Positions 10,578-20,377 of a stretch of 64,000 bases of DNA are shown in pieces. Below the pieces are notes generated by a model. That model searched no databases. It saw only the letters and a list, made by a program, of their open reading frames with translations, and was not told the origin of the DNA. Every line of letters begins with the position of its first letter. Position 1 is the stretch's first letter. The DNA is taken from assembly GCA_038323835.1 (NCBI GenBank), contig JBBQHI010000018.1:3581-67580 (forward strand), written 5' to 3'. Source of the stretch: Solirubrobacterales bacterium (lineage in GTDB: Bacteria > Actinomycetota > Thermoleophilia > Solirubrobacterales > Thermoleophilaceae). The position numbers and the translations under genes were made by a program.

Positions 10578-12014
10578 TCAGCCGCGAGGGTGAACGACCA
10601 CGCCGGCGGGACCACTCCCCGGTGTGTTGTCGCAGGCCACGTCGCCCGAGGCGGCGAACGCCAGCGAGAGGCACTTTCCGAACGCCTGCTCCCCATACGC
10701 GTTCGGGTGGAACGTCTCCTCCAGCTTGCCCTGGGCCACCACGGAGGCGATGTTCAGGAACCGAGCCCAGTCGCTGGTGGTGCCCGACGGGCCCTGGGTG
10801 GGCGTGGCCAGCTGGGTCGAAGTCGAGCAGATCTCGCGGTCCTCGAACAGGTCGCGCAGGTCGAGGAACTGGACCCCGCGATCGGCGGCGACGGTGGCCA
10901 GGTTGTCCGATATCTGGCCGACCACCGTGTCGCGCGCCCAGGTCGCGTCACTGTCCTTTACCGGACAGCCGTCGATGGACGAGCGCGAGATCTTGTCTAT
11001 TTCGGGCACCCGGATCTCCGAACCGCGCGGGATCGCGGAGGGGTAGGACTGGAGCACGAGGCGCCATGAGGAAGGGAGATAGCCGGCGTCTGCCATCACC
11101 GTGCGGATTTCGTCGATCGCCTTGCCCACCGCCGCCCTGACCGCGGGGTACTTCGCGGTGAGTCCGGGACCCTCGGTTTCCTTACACGTGGAGGTGGTGC
11201 CGTAGGCCTCCACGCAGGCGGTGACGATCGAGGCGAAGCCGAGGTCGTTGCCGCCGATCGAGAGCGCGATCACCTTCACGTCCTTGTCCCGCGCCACGGT
11301 CGCGAGCTGGTCGGCCTGGGGCGCCTCGCCGTCCTGCCCCTCACCGCCGTTCGACGCCCGGAAGATGTTCTTGGTCACGGCCCCGGAGCAGGCGAGGTTG
11401 ATGGCCTGGTCGAAGGGGAGCGCGGCACTGTGTATCTCGGCCACGTCGGAGCGGTGGCAGCCGTTGGTGTCGGACGGCGGGTCGTACACGAGGCTCTCGT
11501 CGTAGCCGGTGCCGGTGAAGGCGCGATCGGTGCCGTCGCGGTCTCCCGCGGCGTTGATCGAGTTGCCCTGCCAGCGCCCGGCCTCGCCGGAGATGTAGGA
11601 GTCGCCGAGGGACACGGCGGCGGTGGGAGCGGCGGGGGTGGAGAAGAACTTCGTGGCGCCGCAGCCCGGAGGCGCCGGGTGCGCCGCCTGCGAGTCCGAG
11701 TCCTTGGAGCAGACGCGGTACTTGTAGTCGGTGTGCGGCACGAGGCCGTTCTGGCGCAGCGTGACGGGAAGCTGATCCTGGCTGGTGTATTCCACGTCGT
11801 GGAGCGAGGGCGGGCCGTACGACTGGCCCACGGGAGCCACGTCGAACCAGAACGAGCCCGTCTCGTCGTGGCTGGACACCACCGTGCCGTGCAGCAGCGC
11901 CTGGTGCGCGGTGATCTGGTCGGCCTGGTCGGTGCGCCCGATCGTGCATCCGGTCAGGCCGAGACCGACCACCGCAACCAGAGCTGTGCACCTGACCGAA
12001 AACCGCGACGGCAT
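10578..12014 (-). CDS. SGNH/GDSL hydrolase lipoprotein with an N-terminal Fn3-like domain
   Basis: ATG 12014 gives MPSRFSVRCTALVAVVGLGLTGC, which contains a lipobox. GDSYISG, GGND and FHPN are SGNH blocks. Confidence 0.8.
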   Translation of the reverse strand: MPSRFSVRCTALVAVVGLGLTGCTIGRTDQADQITAHQALLHGTVVSSHDETGSFWFDVAPVGQSYGPPSLHDVEYTSQDQLPVTLRQNGLVPHTDYKYRVCSKDSDSQAAHPAPPGCGATKFFSTPAAPTAAVSLGDSYISGEAGRWQGNSINAAGDRDGTDRAFTGTGYDESLVYDPPSDTNGCHRSDVAEIHSAALPFDQAINLACSGAVTKNIFRASNGGEGQDGEAPQADQLATVARDKDVKVIALSIGGNDLGFASIVTACVEAYGTTSTCKETEGPGLTAKYPAVRAAVGKAIDEIRTVMADAGYLPSSWRLVLQSYPSAIPRGSEIRVPEIDKISRSSIDGCPVKDSDATWARDTVVGQISDNLATVAADRGVQFLDLRDLFEDREICSTSTQLATPTQGPSGTTSDWARFLNIASVVAQGKLEETFHPNAYGEQAFGKCLSLAFAASGDVACDNTPGSGPAGVVVHPRG

Positions 12015-12051
12015 TGCGTCCCCCACCGTTTGAACCCCGGACAGGTCCACC

Positions 12052-12890
12052 CTACTGTCGGCCGGGCTCGGACGAGGAGGTGGCGGAGTTCCGGCCCCGG
12101 GCGAAATCGCGCACAGCGGCGTTGAAGCCGGCGGGATGCTCGAGATTGCTCACGTGGCCCGCCCCGGGGATCACCTCGAGCCTGGCCGTCGGGATCCCGT
12201 CGCGAAGCTGCTCGGCGATGCTCAGCGGAGATCGCATGTCGGCGTCACCCCACAGCAGGAGCGCCGGCACCTGGATGCGGGCCAGGAGATCCCGGATGTC
12301 CGTGTCGGCCAGGGTATGGGCCATGGTCCGGAACCCGGCGGGATGGAAGTCCGACATGAGCTCGACCAGCCCGTGCCGCACCTCCTCTGAGGCGTTCTCC
12401 GTGAGCAGCCCCGGCAGCCAGCCGTGCACCCATTGCTCCGGCGGCAGCTCGGACTCGCGAAGGCAGCCGGCCAGTCGCTCCTCGCAGGTCGCCCTGTCCA
12501 GCGAGCCCCTCCAGCCGGCGGTGGCGGCCGCCAGGATCAGGGTTCTCACCCGGCCCGGATGCCGGCAGTAGAGCTGCTGTGCCAACACCCCGCCGCACGA
12601 CAGGCCGAGAACGTGTGCCGGCTCCAGGGCGAGTGCATCCATGAACGCGGCGAGCGAGCCGCGTAGTCGCTCATCGTGAAGTGCTCGGCTGGGTCGGCCG
12701 ACTCCCCGGTCCCCGGTGCGTCGCAGGCGATGACCGTGAACTCGCTCGCCAGATCGGCCAGCTGGCTCGCCCACACGCGACCGTCCGCCAGGATGCCGTG
12801 CAGGAGGACGAGCGGCGGTCCCCGGCCGCCCTGCCGGTAGGCAATCCGGAGGCCGTCGACGTCGACGAAGCGCGGCGCGTCAGTTCCCAT
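12052..12890 (-). pseudogene. alpha/beta hydrolase interrupted by a 1-nt frameshift
   Basis: The N-terminal 77 aa in the frame of ORF 12546..12890 (LLHGILADGRVW...) continue in the frame of ORF 12052..12774 (LAAFMDALALEPAHVLGLSCGG...). The switch lies between 12650 and 12665. Total length is 839 nt, one short of a multiple of 3. Confidence 0.7.
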
Positions 12891-14365
12891 CAGCCCTGGG
12901 CGGGGTTGAGCCGCCGGGCGGCCTCCACCACCCCACTGCGCTCGTAGAAGTCGACGGCGATCAGGTTGGGCAGCATCCGCCGGCGACGCTCACATTGCCG
13001 CAGCCGCCGTTCCAGGAACCTGCCGCCGATCTGCTCGTTGCGGGTCACTGACGGCGGGAACGGCGGGATCCAGTGGTTGACGAGCAGCATCGGGCTGTCG
13101 GGGCGCCCGCGATAGCGGGTGCAGCGGAGCTGTGCGGGAGTCTTCGCCCCCAGGGGCGTGTCCTGCACGAAGGAGAACCCGGGGAGGTACCAAGGGCGGC
13201 TGCCGCCGTCCTCCTCGGCCAGCACCACGAGGCGGGTGTCTGCGCGCTTCAGCTCACCCAGTGTCGGCAGCGGCTCCCCCAGCCGGAGGCGGGCGGCATG
13301 GGAGAGCAGGTCGACGCGCGTGAGTGCTCGTTCGATCGTGCCCACGGGCACGTAGGGCTCGATGAACGTGATCACCACCGCACCGGGGTGGGTGGCGAGG
13401 AACGAGCCGATGATCCGCAGCTGATCGTCGAGTGGCTCCGCGCCGAGCTCGCAGAGCGTGTGGCAGAGATAGGCACGGCGCTCGCCGTTCACTCCGCTCG
13501 TGCCGACACGGCCCACGAGGCTGTCCGCCACGCGGAGCGCTCCGGGACTCAGCTGCTGCGCGACCTTGTTCCGCGACGAGTCCTCCCCGGCAAGGTCGGT
13601 TCGCACGCGCCCGGTGGAGGGATCGCTCACCCCGAAGTGGATGTCCAGCGTGAGCGCCCGGATGCCATCGCGCAGTTGCCGCTCGATCCCGTGGCGCTGG
13701 TTCGCGAACAGCCAGCCCGGCTCGTCGGCGGCCGCGTACGAGTTGTGCGTGCCCGGGAACACCACCCGGTCCAGGCGCCGGACGCAGAGCGCCTCCGAGC
13801 CGTTGCACCCCGCGGCCGACCCCGCGCTCTCCACCGTGGCGGAGCCGGGAGCGGGCAGCACCAGGACGAGGACCAGCGCCGTGGCCGCCATCGCCAGGGC
13901 CATCGCCCCCGCCAGGAGCAGCGGCGAGGCCGCGGCGCTCGGGGCCCGGGCCGCCTCCGCGCGCGGGGCCGCAGCCGGGAGTTGCGAGACGCCCGCGAGC
14001 ACCACGAGCACGCCGGCTGTCACGAGCGCGATCTTGCCCAGCAGCACCGGGTCGAAGATGAGCACGGACCCGGCGGCGATCAGGAGTGTGGCCCGGACAA
14101 GCCGCGCCGGCCGGCCGGACGAACGGGCCGCGCGGCGGGCCCAGTCCGACCCTCCGGCCAGCCGGCCGGTGGGCAGCTCGGTCGAGGCCAGCGCCGCGAC
14201 CACCGCTCCGCCGAGTGCCACGACCAGCGCCGACGTGACCAGGTCGGAGAAGAGCGCCGACCACAGCGCCCAAACCGCCCCGCGCTCCGCGTCATCGCCG
14301 AGATCGGCGGAGTGCGCGGCATGCGAGACCACGAACTCGCCGAGCCCGGCCACGGCGGCCGCCAC
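12890..14365 (-). CDS. membrane protein with a PI-PLC X-domain-like catalytic domain
   Basis: ORF 12890..14365. It has several hydrophobic helices followed by VVFPGTHNSYAA...LDIHFG. Its stop overlaps the next gene's ATG (ATGA at 12890). Confidence 0.7.
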   Translation of the reverse strand: MAAAVAGLGEFVVSHAAHSADLGDDAERGAVWALWSALFSDLVTSALVVALGGAVVAALASTELPTGRLAGGSDWARRAARSSGRPARLVRATLLIAAGSVLIFDPVLLGKIALVTAGVLVVLAGVSQLPAAAPRAEAARAPSAAASPLLLAGAMALAMAATALVLVLVLPAPGSATVESAGSAAGCNGSEALCVRRLDRVVFPGTHNSYAAADEPGWLFANQRHGIERQLRDGIRALTLDIHFGVSDPSTGRVRTDLAGEDSSRNKVAQQLSPGALRVADSLVGRVGTSGVNGERRAYLCHTLCELGAEPLDDQLRIIGSFLATHPGAVVITFIEPYVPVGTIERALTRVDLLSHAARLRLGEPLPTLGELKRADTRLVVLAEEDGGSRPWYLPGFSFVQDTPLGAKTPAQLRCTRYRGRPDSPMLLVNHWIPPFPPSVTRNEQIGGRFLERRLRQCERRRRMLPNLIAVDFYERSGVVEAARRLNPAQG

Positions 14366-15002
14366 GATCAGGCCCGCACCCGTGGCGGCGGCTCCCAGGT
14401 AGACCAGCGCGGGCCGTGGCTCCGGCCAGCAGAGCGGCTCCGGCCGCGGCCAGCAGCGCGGCGAGCGTGAGCGGCCAGCGCCAGCCCGCGGCGTCGATGA
14501 GGACCCCCGACGCCGCGAGCTCGGAGTCGTGCGGGTCGAGACGCACGACCGGCACGCTCAGGTCCGCCGGAACCAGACTCGCGACCCGGGGCACGACACG
14601 CCGGAGCGAGTCGAACAACACCCCCTCACCAACAGGGAGCCCGAACCGGAAGGTCGTCTCCCGATTGATCAGGGCGCGGTGGCGATCCCGCACCGCTCGC
14701 GCGAACAATCGCTTGAACGCCGACGTGTCGGCGACCGTTGCCAGCGCCGGAACCAGAAGCGGGCGCACCACCAGCGCATTCGGAATGGTGCTCCGGGTCA
14801 GTCCGCCGACCATGCGGTCGGCCAGCACGGTGCGGACGTCGGAGTTGTCCAGTGCGGATGCCGCGCGGTTACTGAACCTCGACCCGTTCACCAGCTCGGC
14901 GTGCGCGTACCACGACACCGCGGCGGCGGCGATCAGGAGCGCGGTGATTACCACAAGCGCGATACCGCCCTGGCGGCGACGTCGGTCCGAGAGTGTGCTC
15001 AT
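14292..15002 (-). CDS. membrane protein, probably the N-terminal part of a gene split from 12890..14365
   Basis: ORF 14292..15002 has an N-terminal TM helix. Its last ~40 residues are Arg-rich and look out of frame. The hydrophobic sequence continues in the frame of 12890..14365 upstream of that ORF's GTG. Confidence 0.55.
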   Translation of the reverse strand: MSTLSDRRRRQGGIALVVITALLIAAAAVSWYAHAELVNGSRFSNRAASALDNSDVRTVLADRMVGGLTRSTIPNALVVRPLLVPALATVADTSAFKRLFARAVRDRHRALINRETTFRFGLPVGEGVLFDSLRRVVPRVASLVPADLSVPVVRLDPHDSELAASGVLIDAAGWRWPLTLAALLAAAGAALLAGATARAGLPGSRRHGCGPDRGGRRGRARRVRGLACRALRRSRR

Positions 15003-15026
15003 CGTGTCGGCATCACGCGCCGCACA

Positions 15027-16580
15027 GTGTCCCGCTTCCGCCTCCCGTTCATCGCGTCCTTAGTCCTCGTCGCGGGCGCGTGCCTGGGCACCGCGGGGGT
15101 GTGCCAGGCGGCGGCGCCCCGCCCGCACTTGGTGGGTAATCACCTGGTGGACGCGCGGAGTGGCCTGACCTTCGTGCCGCGGGGTGTGAACTGGCCGAGC
15201 TTCGAGTACGCCTGCCACGACGGGTACGGATACTCGAACCTGGCCACGGCGACGAGCGTCGGACCGGACGCCGCCGATGCGGCCCTGATTGCGGGATGGC
15301 ACGTGAACACCGTTCGCGTGCCGCTGAACCAGGACTGCTGGCTCGGGGACGACGGGCTGCCCGCGTTCGGGAGGGTCTCCGGGTACCGCACGGCCGTCCG
15401 CGGGTGGGTGAAGACACTCCACCGCGCGGGCCTGGCCGTGATCCTGGATCTCCACTGGTCGGGGCCCGCAGGCGTGGTGGCGGACGGCCTGCGCGCGATG
15501 CCCGACGACCGCTCGGACGACTTCTGGCGCTCGGTGGCGAGGACCTTCCGGAAAGACCGGTCGATGATCTTCGACGTCTTCAACGAGCCCTACGAACGCT
15601 ATGACGCCAATAGGCTGGTGTTCGACCTGACCTGGGACTGCTGGCGGAACGGGGGTTGTCTCGCGCCGCGCGCGCACCTCCTGGAGCGTCTCGACGGCAA
15701 GACGTTCGCCGCGTTCGGCATGCAGGCGATGGTCGATGCCGTCCGTTCCGCGGGCGCCAGGCAGCCGATCATGGTCCCGGGGCGGCACTTCTCCAACGAC
15801 CTCGCCGGCTGGGGGGCGAACCGCCCCACCGGACGCGGGCTGATCGCCAGCTTCCACAGCTACAACTTCCAGCCCTGCCGCACCGAGGCCTGCTGGGACA
15901 GCACGGTTGCGCCGCTCGCCGCGGAGGTGCCGGTGGTGACGGGCGAGTTCGGCGAGCTCGACTGCACCGCCTCCTACGTCAGGAGCTTCATGAGGTGGGC
16001 AGACCGGCACGGGGTGGGATACCTCATGTGGGCGTGGTGGGTCCTGCCCCACACGAAGTGCACGGCGCTCGCGGTACTCGCCAACGCCAGGGGGAAGCCG
16101 CGCGCGCCTAACGGCACGGCACTGCGGTCGCACCTGGCCGCACTCGCCCCGCGCCTCTCGCTCGGCGGGCCCGGGACGCAGGTGCTCGACCCGGCGGTGG
16201 AGGTCGGCGTGCGCTGCGGCGGCCGGTGCCTCGCGAGCGCGACGGGCCGGCTGCTCGTGACCCCCGGTCCTCAGAAGCCGGCCGCGGCAAGCGGCACGTT
16301 CGGCCTCGAGCCGGCGTCGCACACGTTGCGCAGCCGCCGGACGCGCACGCTCGCGCTCAGGATCCCTCTGAAAGCGCGCCGGGCGGCGAACGCGGCGCTG
16401 CGCGCGGACGGGACGGTGTCGGCGCGCATCACGGTCGTGGTCAGCGACGGCTCCGAGTCCACCGAGAGGCGGCGCGCGGTGAAGCTCAGCGGAAAACCCC
16501 CGTGTGGCCAATCGAGTAGCGACCGGGTTGGGGGAAGACACACAGGCCGTGGGGGCCGGCGCCCACCTGTATGCGCCTGA
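15027..16580 (+). CDS. secreted glycoside hydrolase family 5 (cellulase/mannanase-like)
   Basis: GTG 15027 gives a signal peptide (SRFRLPFIASLVLVAGACLG...). VFNEP (acid/base) and GEFG (nucleophile) are present. The upstream part of ORF 14529..16580 overlaps the divergent gene. Confidence 0.8.
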   Translation: MSRFRLPFIASLVLVAGACLGTAGVCQAAAPRPHLVGNHLVDARSGLTFVPRGVNWPSFEYACHDGYGYSNLATATSVGPDAADAALIAGWHVNTVRVPLNQDCWLGDDGLPAFGRVSGYRTAVRGWVKTLHRAGLAVILDLHWSGPAGVVADGLRAMPDDRSDDFWRSVARTFRKDRSMIFDVFNEPYERYDANRLVFDLTWDCWRNGGCLAPRAHLLERLDGKTFAAFGMQAMVDAVRSAGARQPIMVPGRHFSNDLAGWGANRPTGRGLIASFHSYNFQPCRTEACWDSTVAPLAAEVPVVTGEFGELDCTASYVRSFMRWADRHGVGYLMWAWWVLPHTKCTALAVLANARGKPRAPNGTALRSHLAALAPRLSLGGPGTQVLDPAVEVGVRCGGRCLASATGRLLVTPGPQKPAAASGTFGLEPASHTLRSRRTRTLALRIPLKARRAANAALRADGTVSARITVVVSDGSESTERRRAVKLSGKPPCGQSSSDRVGGRHTGRGGRRPPVCA

Positions 16581-17616
16581 TCAGCCGCCCCGAGCGGGTG
16601 CTGATCGCGTAGACCTCGCCGTTGTAGCGCCCCGACAGCCAGAGCACCTGCCCGTCCGCGGACACGCCTCCCATATCCGGGCTTCCGCCGCCGGGGAGAC
16701 GCCACTTCTCAACCTGCCGGCGCGTGCGGAACGAGACGACGGAGATCGATCCCTCTCCACGGTTCGACACATAGAGCCGGCGCGAGTCCCTGCTCACGTA
16801 GAGACCGTGCGCGCCGCGGCCCGTGGGCACGAAGCGGATCCGGCGGAAGCGGTCCGCATCCACCAGCCAGACTCCGTTCGACGCCATGTCGGCCACATAG
16901 AAGACCCGCCCGTCCGGTGAGAGCTTCACATCCTGGGGCATTCCCCCGTCACGCAGCGGGACCGAACGCACGAGCCGCTGGCTTCTGACATCGACCACCA
17001 CCATCTTGCCGCCGAACTCGCACGAGGCGAGAAGGAAGCGCCCGCCGGCCGTGAAGTCGAGGTGATCCACACCCGGGCACGGCACCGCCAGTGAATGAGT
17101 GAGTCGCATCGTGTGGGCGTCGCGGAAGTCGAGTCGCCGCAGTCGCTCGGCCACGACGATCGCGTACCGCCCGTCGGGGGTGAAGTAGAGGTTGTACGGA
17201 TCCGTTACCGGCACCGGCCTGCCCGGACGCCCAGTGCGGGGATCGACCGGGGTCAGGCTATTGCCCTCGTCGTTGGCCACCCAGAGCGTCTTCAGGTCCC
17301 ACGACGGGGTCACGTGCTGCGGGAGCGCCCCGGTCGCGAAGTGCCCAACCACTCGGAACGTCGCCGGATCGATCACGTCCACCGTGTTGCTCTCCGAGTT
17401 GGGAACGTAGATGCGCGCCGGGTCGTGACGAACGGTGGGGCTGAGGTTCCCCGCCCGGTCGGCCGCGTACACGTCCGTCGCAGGCCGCGGCACACCGCTC
17501 GCGGGGGAGGAGGACGTGCGCTCGGCGGTGCGCGGGGCGGCGGGCTTCGTGGACCCGCCACCACAGCTCGCGAGAGCCGTGACCGACAGCGCGATCACGG
17601 CCGTCGCCCGCTTCAC
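16486..17616 (-). CDS. YVTN-family beta-propeller lipoprotein (YncE-like)
   Basis: GTG 17616 gives VKRATAVIALSVTALASC, which contains a lipobox. There are repeated SPDG..YVA units and a C-terminal PHGLCVFPQPGRYSIGHTG. Confidence 0.85.
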   Translation of the reverse strand: MKRATAVIALSVTALASCGGGSTKPAAPRTAERTSSSPASGVPRPATDVYAADRAGNLSPTVRHDPARIYVPNSESNTVDVIDPATFRVVGHFATGALPQHVTPSWDLKTLWVANDEGNSLTPVDPRTGRPGRPVPVTDPYNLYFTPDGRYAIVVAERLRRLDFRDAHTMRLTHSLAVPCPGVDHLDFTAGGRFLLASCEFGGKMVVVDVRSQRLVRSVPLRDGGMPQDVKLSPDGRVFYVADMASNGVWLVDADRFRRIRFVPTGRGAHGLYVSRDSRRLYVSNRGEGSISVVSFRTRRQVEKWRLPGGGSPDMGGVSADGQVLWLSGRYNGEVYAISTRSGRLIRRIQVGAGPHGLCVFPQPGRYSIGHTGVFR

Positions 17617-18626
17617 GGGCCCGGACGGAGCCTGAGGATCTCGTCTCGCGCTCGTCCGGTCGCGTCCCTGCCCCCCAGGACCAGGATCCGTCCCGCGCCG
17701 GCCACGGCAGCGGCGTCGGACAGTGCCTCCGGGAGTCGGCCGGCACGATGGACGGAGCCGGCCCGCGGGTCCACGGCCAGCACCCCCCTGGTCTGCCCGG
17801 TGAGAGAGTCGCTGCGTCCGCCGATCACGTATAAGGTGCCTCCGAGAGACGCCGACGCAGCATGTGTGAGTGGGCTCGGGAGCAGGCCGATTCGCGTGAC
17901 CCTGCCGCTCTTCGGGTCGAAGGAGAGGATGTCGCGTTGAGCCGTGACGCCGGACGTCCCGCCCGCGATGATCAGCCGACCGCCGGCCGCGCCCACGGAT
18001 GCGTAGCGCAGGGGACGCGGAAGCCGGGCCACCACCCGCGCCTGGCTGCCGGGACGAAAGGCGACGACTGTGTCGAGCGGCGCGGTGCCCGTGTACCCGC
18101 CCACGATGTACGCCGTGCCGTCCACGACCGCCGCCGATACGTCCGAAGCGGGCACCGGCAGCTCCGAGCCCGCGGGACGGGTCGCGCCGCCGGGGTCCAC
18201 CTCCACGATGGCCGCGCTCGAACCCGAGGAGCTTCCCCCTCCGATGAAGTAGGTGCGTCCGCTCAGGTACGCGGCCGCAGCGTCGTGTTGGGCCACGGGA
18301 AGCGTGCCGGCCGCCGCGCCGCGGCCACCCCGGACGCGGACGATCGCGGGCACGGACGCGTCCGCCGAGCTCAGCCCTCCCAGGACGAGCACATCCCCGC
18401 CGGGAAGCGATACCGCCGCGGGCAGTTGGACGGGGGCCGGGAGGCGCCCCAGCAGCCGCGGTCTCAGCGTCGCTCCCGGCCTCCGCAGACCGGACGTGAC
18501 CGACGCGCTCGTAGCGGCCTCGGAGGAGCTGTGATCCGACCCGAATCCGCAGGCGGACATCGGCGCGGCAGCGACCACCGCGAGCGAGGTGGCAACGGTC
18601 CGGCCCCGCGGAGGGCGCACGTTCAC
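17613..18626 (-). CDS. Kelch-repeat beta-propeller lipoprotein
   Basis: ORF 17613..18626 has a lipobox (PMSAC). It has repeated YFIGG / YIVGG / IIAGG / YVIGG / LVLGG units. Confidence 0.8.
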   Translation of the reverse strand: MNVRPPRGRTVATSLAVVAAAPMSACGFGSDHSSSEAATSASVTSGLRRPGATLRPRLLGRLPAPVQLPAAVSLPGGDVLVLGGLSSADASVPAIVRVRGGRGAAAGTLPVAQHDAAAAYLSGRTYFIGGGSSSGSSAAIVEVDPGGATRPAGSELPVPASDVSAAVVDGTAYIVGGYTGTAPLDTVVAFRPGSQARVVARLPRPLRYASVGAAGGRLIIAGGTSGVTAQRDILSFDPKSGRVTRIGLLPSPLTHAASASLGGTLYVIGGRSDSLTGQTRGVLAVDPRAGSVHRAGRLPEALSDAAAVAGAGRILVLGGRDATGRARDEILRLRPGP

Positions 18627-20377
18627 CCGGAGCTCGCGGAGCGCGTGAGCACGGCCACCGAGCTCGGCTCGAGGCCCCGGGCCCGGAGCCGCACGACCAT
18701 CGAGCCGACTTCCTGAGCCACACCCTGGGACGGGCCGGTGACCCTCAGCGCGATCACGTCGCCGCGGCGGACCGACTTGGAGCGCAGCGCCGCCGACGAC
18801 GAGACGCTCAGCCGAGCGGACGTGGCCTGCCCGCCACCCTTTCGAGCGAGGAGGTACTCACCGAGCGTCACGTCGCTCGCCGGGAGCAGATAGCGGAAAT
18901 GGCGAGGGAGGCCGAGCGCATCACGCATGTCGCCGAGGCGCCTCCCGGTGGAGACCCATCGGACCGGCTCCCCGCCGGGCAGCGAGGGCAGTAGCTCCAG
19001 CCCGCTGTGCGCCGCGGCATCGGTCACCCGCGGGCTCGGCGCACTCGACACGCCGAACGAGGCGGTGGCCCCCTGCATGCGCAGCTCCGCGGCCACCGGC
19101 GCTATGTCGGCCACCGGGGCGTCCACCACGAGAGCGACCTGCGGTCGTGACGTGGAGACGTGCATGAGCGGGTCGAGGTCGAGGCCGTGCGCGGCTAGCG
19201 AGAAGGCCGGGCTCGTGGACAGAACCACTCCCGCGGACGCGACCGCCACCGCGGCCGTCCGACGCGCCCGGGATCCACGCCCGCCCCCCGGCGGCCGGGG
19301 GGTGGGCCGAGCGCTCAGCACGAGCTCGGCCGCGTCGATCCTGGCCGGGCTTGGCGCCACGCGGCCCGGCGCATCCACAAGCTCACGAAGCGCCTCTCCC
19401 AGCTCTCGCGTGGTCCGGGCTCGGCGCGCGAGGCCGCGGGACGCCAGCGCCTCCGCGTTGTGGCGGACATGACCCGACGAGAACCCGTGAATCACCACGG
19501 GGCATCCACGCAGGCCTGCCTCCAGGCACGTGACTCCGCCGGTGGCGTGCACCAGCGCGTCCGCCGCGGCAAGCAGATCGCTCATGTGATCGGTGAAGCC
19601 GAGGATGCGGACGCCCGGATCGTGGGCGAAGGTCGCTTCCAGCTCGGCGCGCACGCGCTCGTTGCGCCCGGCGACGCAGACCACGAATGCCGAGGGGACG
19701 GCGGATGCAGTGGCCACGGCATCCCCGAGGCGCCCGACCCCCCAGCCTCCGCCCGACACCACGATCACCGGCCGCCGGAGGGGTAGGGACAGGTCGCGGC
19801 GGGCGGCCTGCTTCGTGCGGGTGGTGAAGAACTCGCTGGACGTGAGGGCCCCGACGTGGCGGACCTCAGCGTCCCCGGCCACCTCCCGCACCTCCGCAAG
19901 TGACTCCTCCCAGGACGCCAGGTGCAGGTCGATGCCGGGGTGGGCCCAGAAGAAGAGGCCGGCAAGGTCCGTGATGGTGGCCACGGTCGGGATCGCCAGC
20001 TTTCCCCTCTTCCGCAGCTTGCCCAGCACGACGGTCACCGCCGGGTAGGTGGAGACGATCACGTCGGGGTCGAGGTCTCGCACCAGTCGCAGGAGCGGTC
20101 GCTGGCCGAGGCGCCGGAGGGAGCCCGCCGCCATGCCGCGGGCCATGCGCGAGCGCACCAGGTTGCGGTAGTAAAGGTCGTAGACCCAGGGAGCCCGGCG
20201 GAAGAGCACGCGCGAGCCGTCGCGGAGGACCAGCCGGTTGAGCCGGCCGAGCGACGCCAGGTCCTCGCAGACATGCACCTCGGCCCCCGTGGCCCTCAGC
20301 GCTTGGGCGAGAGCATGGGCCGCGGTCGCGTGGCCCTCGCCGATGTCGGCCGAGAAGATCAGCACCCGCCGGGTCAT
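18623..20377 (-). CDS. MGDG-synthase/UgtP-like (GT28) glycosyltransferase fused to a TM segment and a degenerate NodB-like C-terminal domain
   Basis: ORF 18623..20377. The N-terminus is FSADIGEGHATAA..., and the GT-B C-terminal half contains HATGGVTCLEA. After ~370 aa there is a hydrophobic helix, then VALVVDAP...GATASFGV. Confidence 0.8.
   Translation of the reverse strand: MTRRVLIFSADIGEGHATAAHALAQALRATGAEVHVCEDLASLGRLNRLVLRDGSRVLFRRAPWVYDLYYRNLVRSRMARGMAAGSLRRLGQRPLLRLVRDLDPDVIVSTYPAVTVVLGKLRKRGKLAIPTVATITDLAGLFFWAHPGIDLHLASWEESLAEVREVAGDAEVRHVGALTSSEFFTTRTKQAARRDLSLPLRRPVIVVSGGGWGVGRLGDAVATASAVPSAFVVCVAGRNERVRAELEATFAHDPGVRILGFTDHMSDLLAAADALVHATGGVTCLEAGLRGCPVVIHGFSSGHVRHNAEALASRGLARRARTTRELGEALRELVDAPGRVAPSPARIDAAELVLSARPTPRPPGGGRGSRARRTAAVAVASAGVVLSTSPAFSLAAHGLDLDPLMHVSTSRPQVALVVDAPVADIAPVAAELRMQGATASFGVSSAPSPRVTDAAAHSGLELLPSLPGGEPVRWVSTGRRLGDMRDALGLPRHFRYLLPASDVTLGEYLLARKGGGQATSARLSVSSSAALRSKSVRRGDVIALRVTGPSQGVAQEVGSMVVRLRARGLEPSSVAVLTRSASSG

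Noticed and set aside
7519-10593. 1024-aa plus-strand ORF
   Set aside because: It is antisense to the CocE/NonD and GNAT genes. Its Arg/Gly/Ala-dominated composition and lack of motifs are typical of a high-GC shadow ORF.
12650-12665. Programmed ribosomal frameshift in the alpha/beta hydrolase
   Set aside because: There is no slippery heptamer, homopolymer or downstream structure at the junction. A simple indel is more likely.
14529-15026. N-terminal extension of the GH5 ORF
   Set aside because: It overlaps the divergent membrane-protein gene. A signal peptide begins only at GTG 15027.
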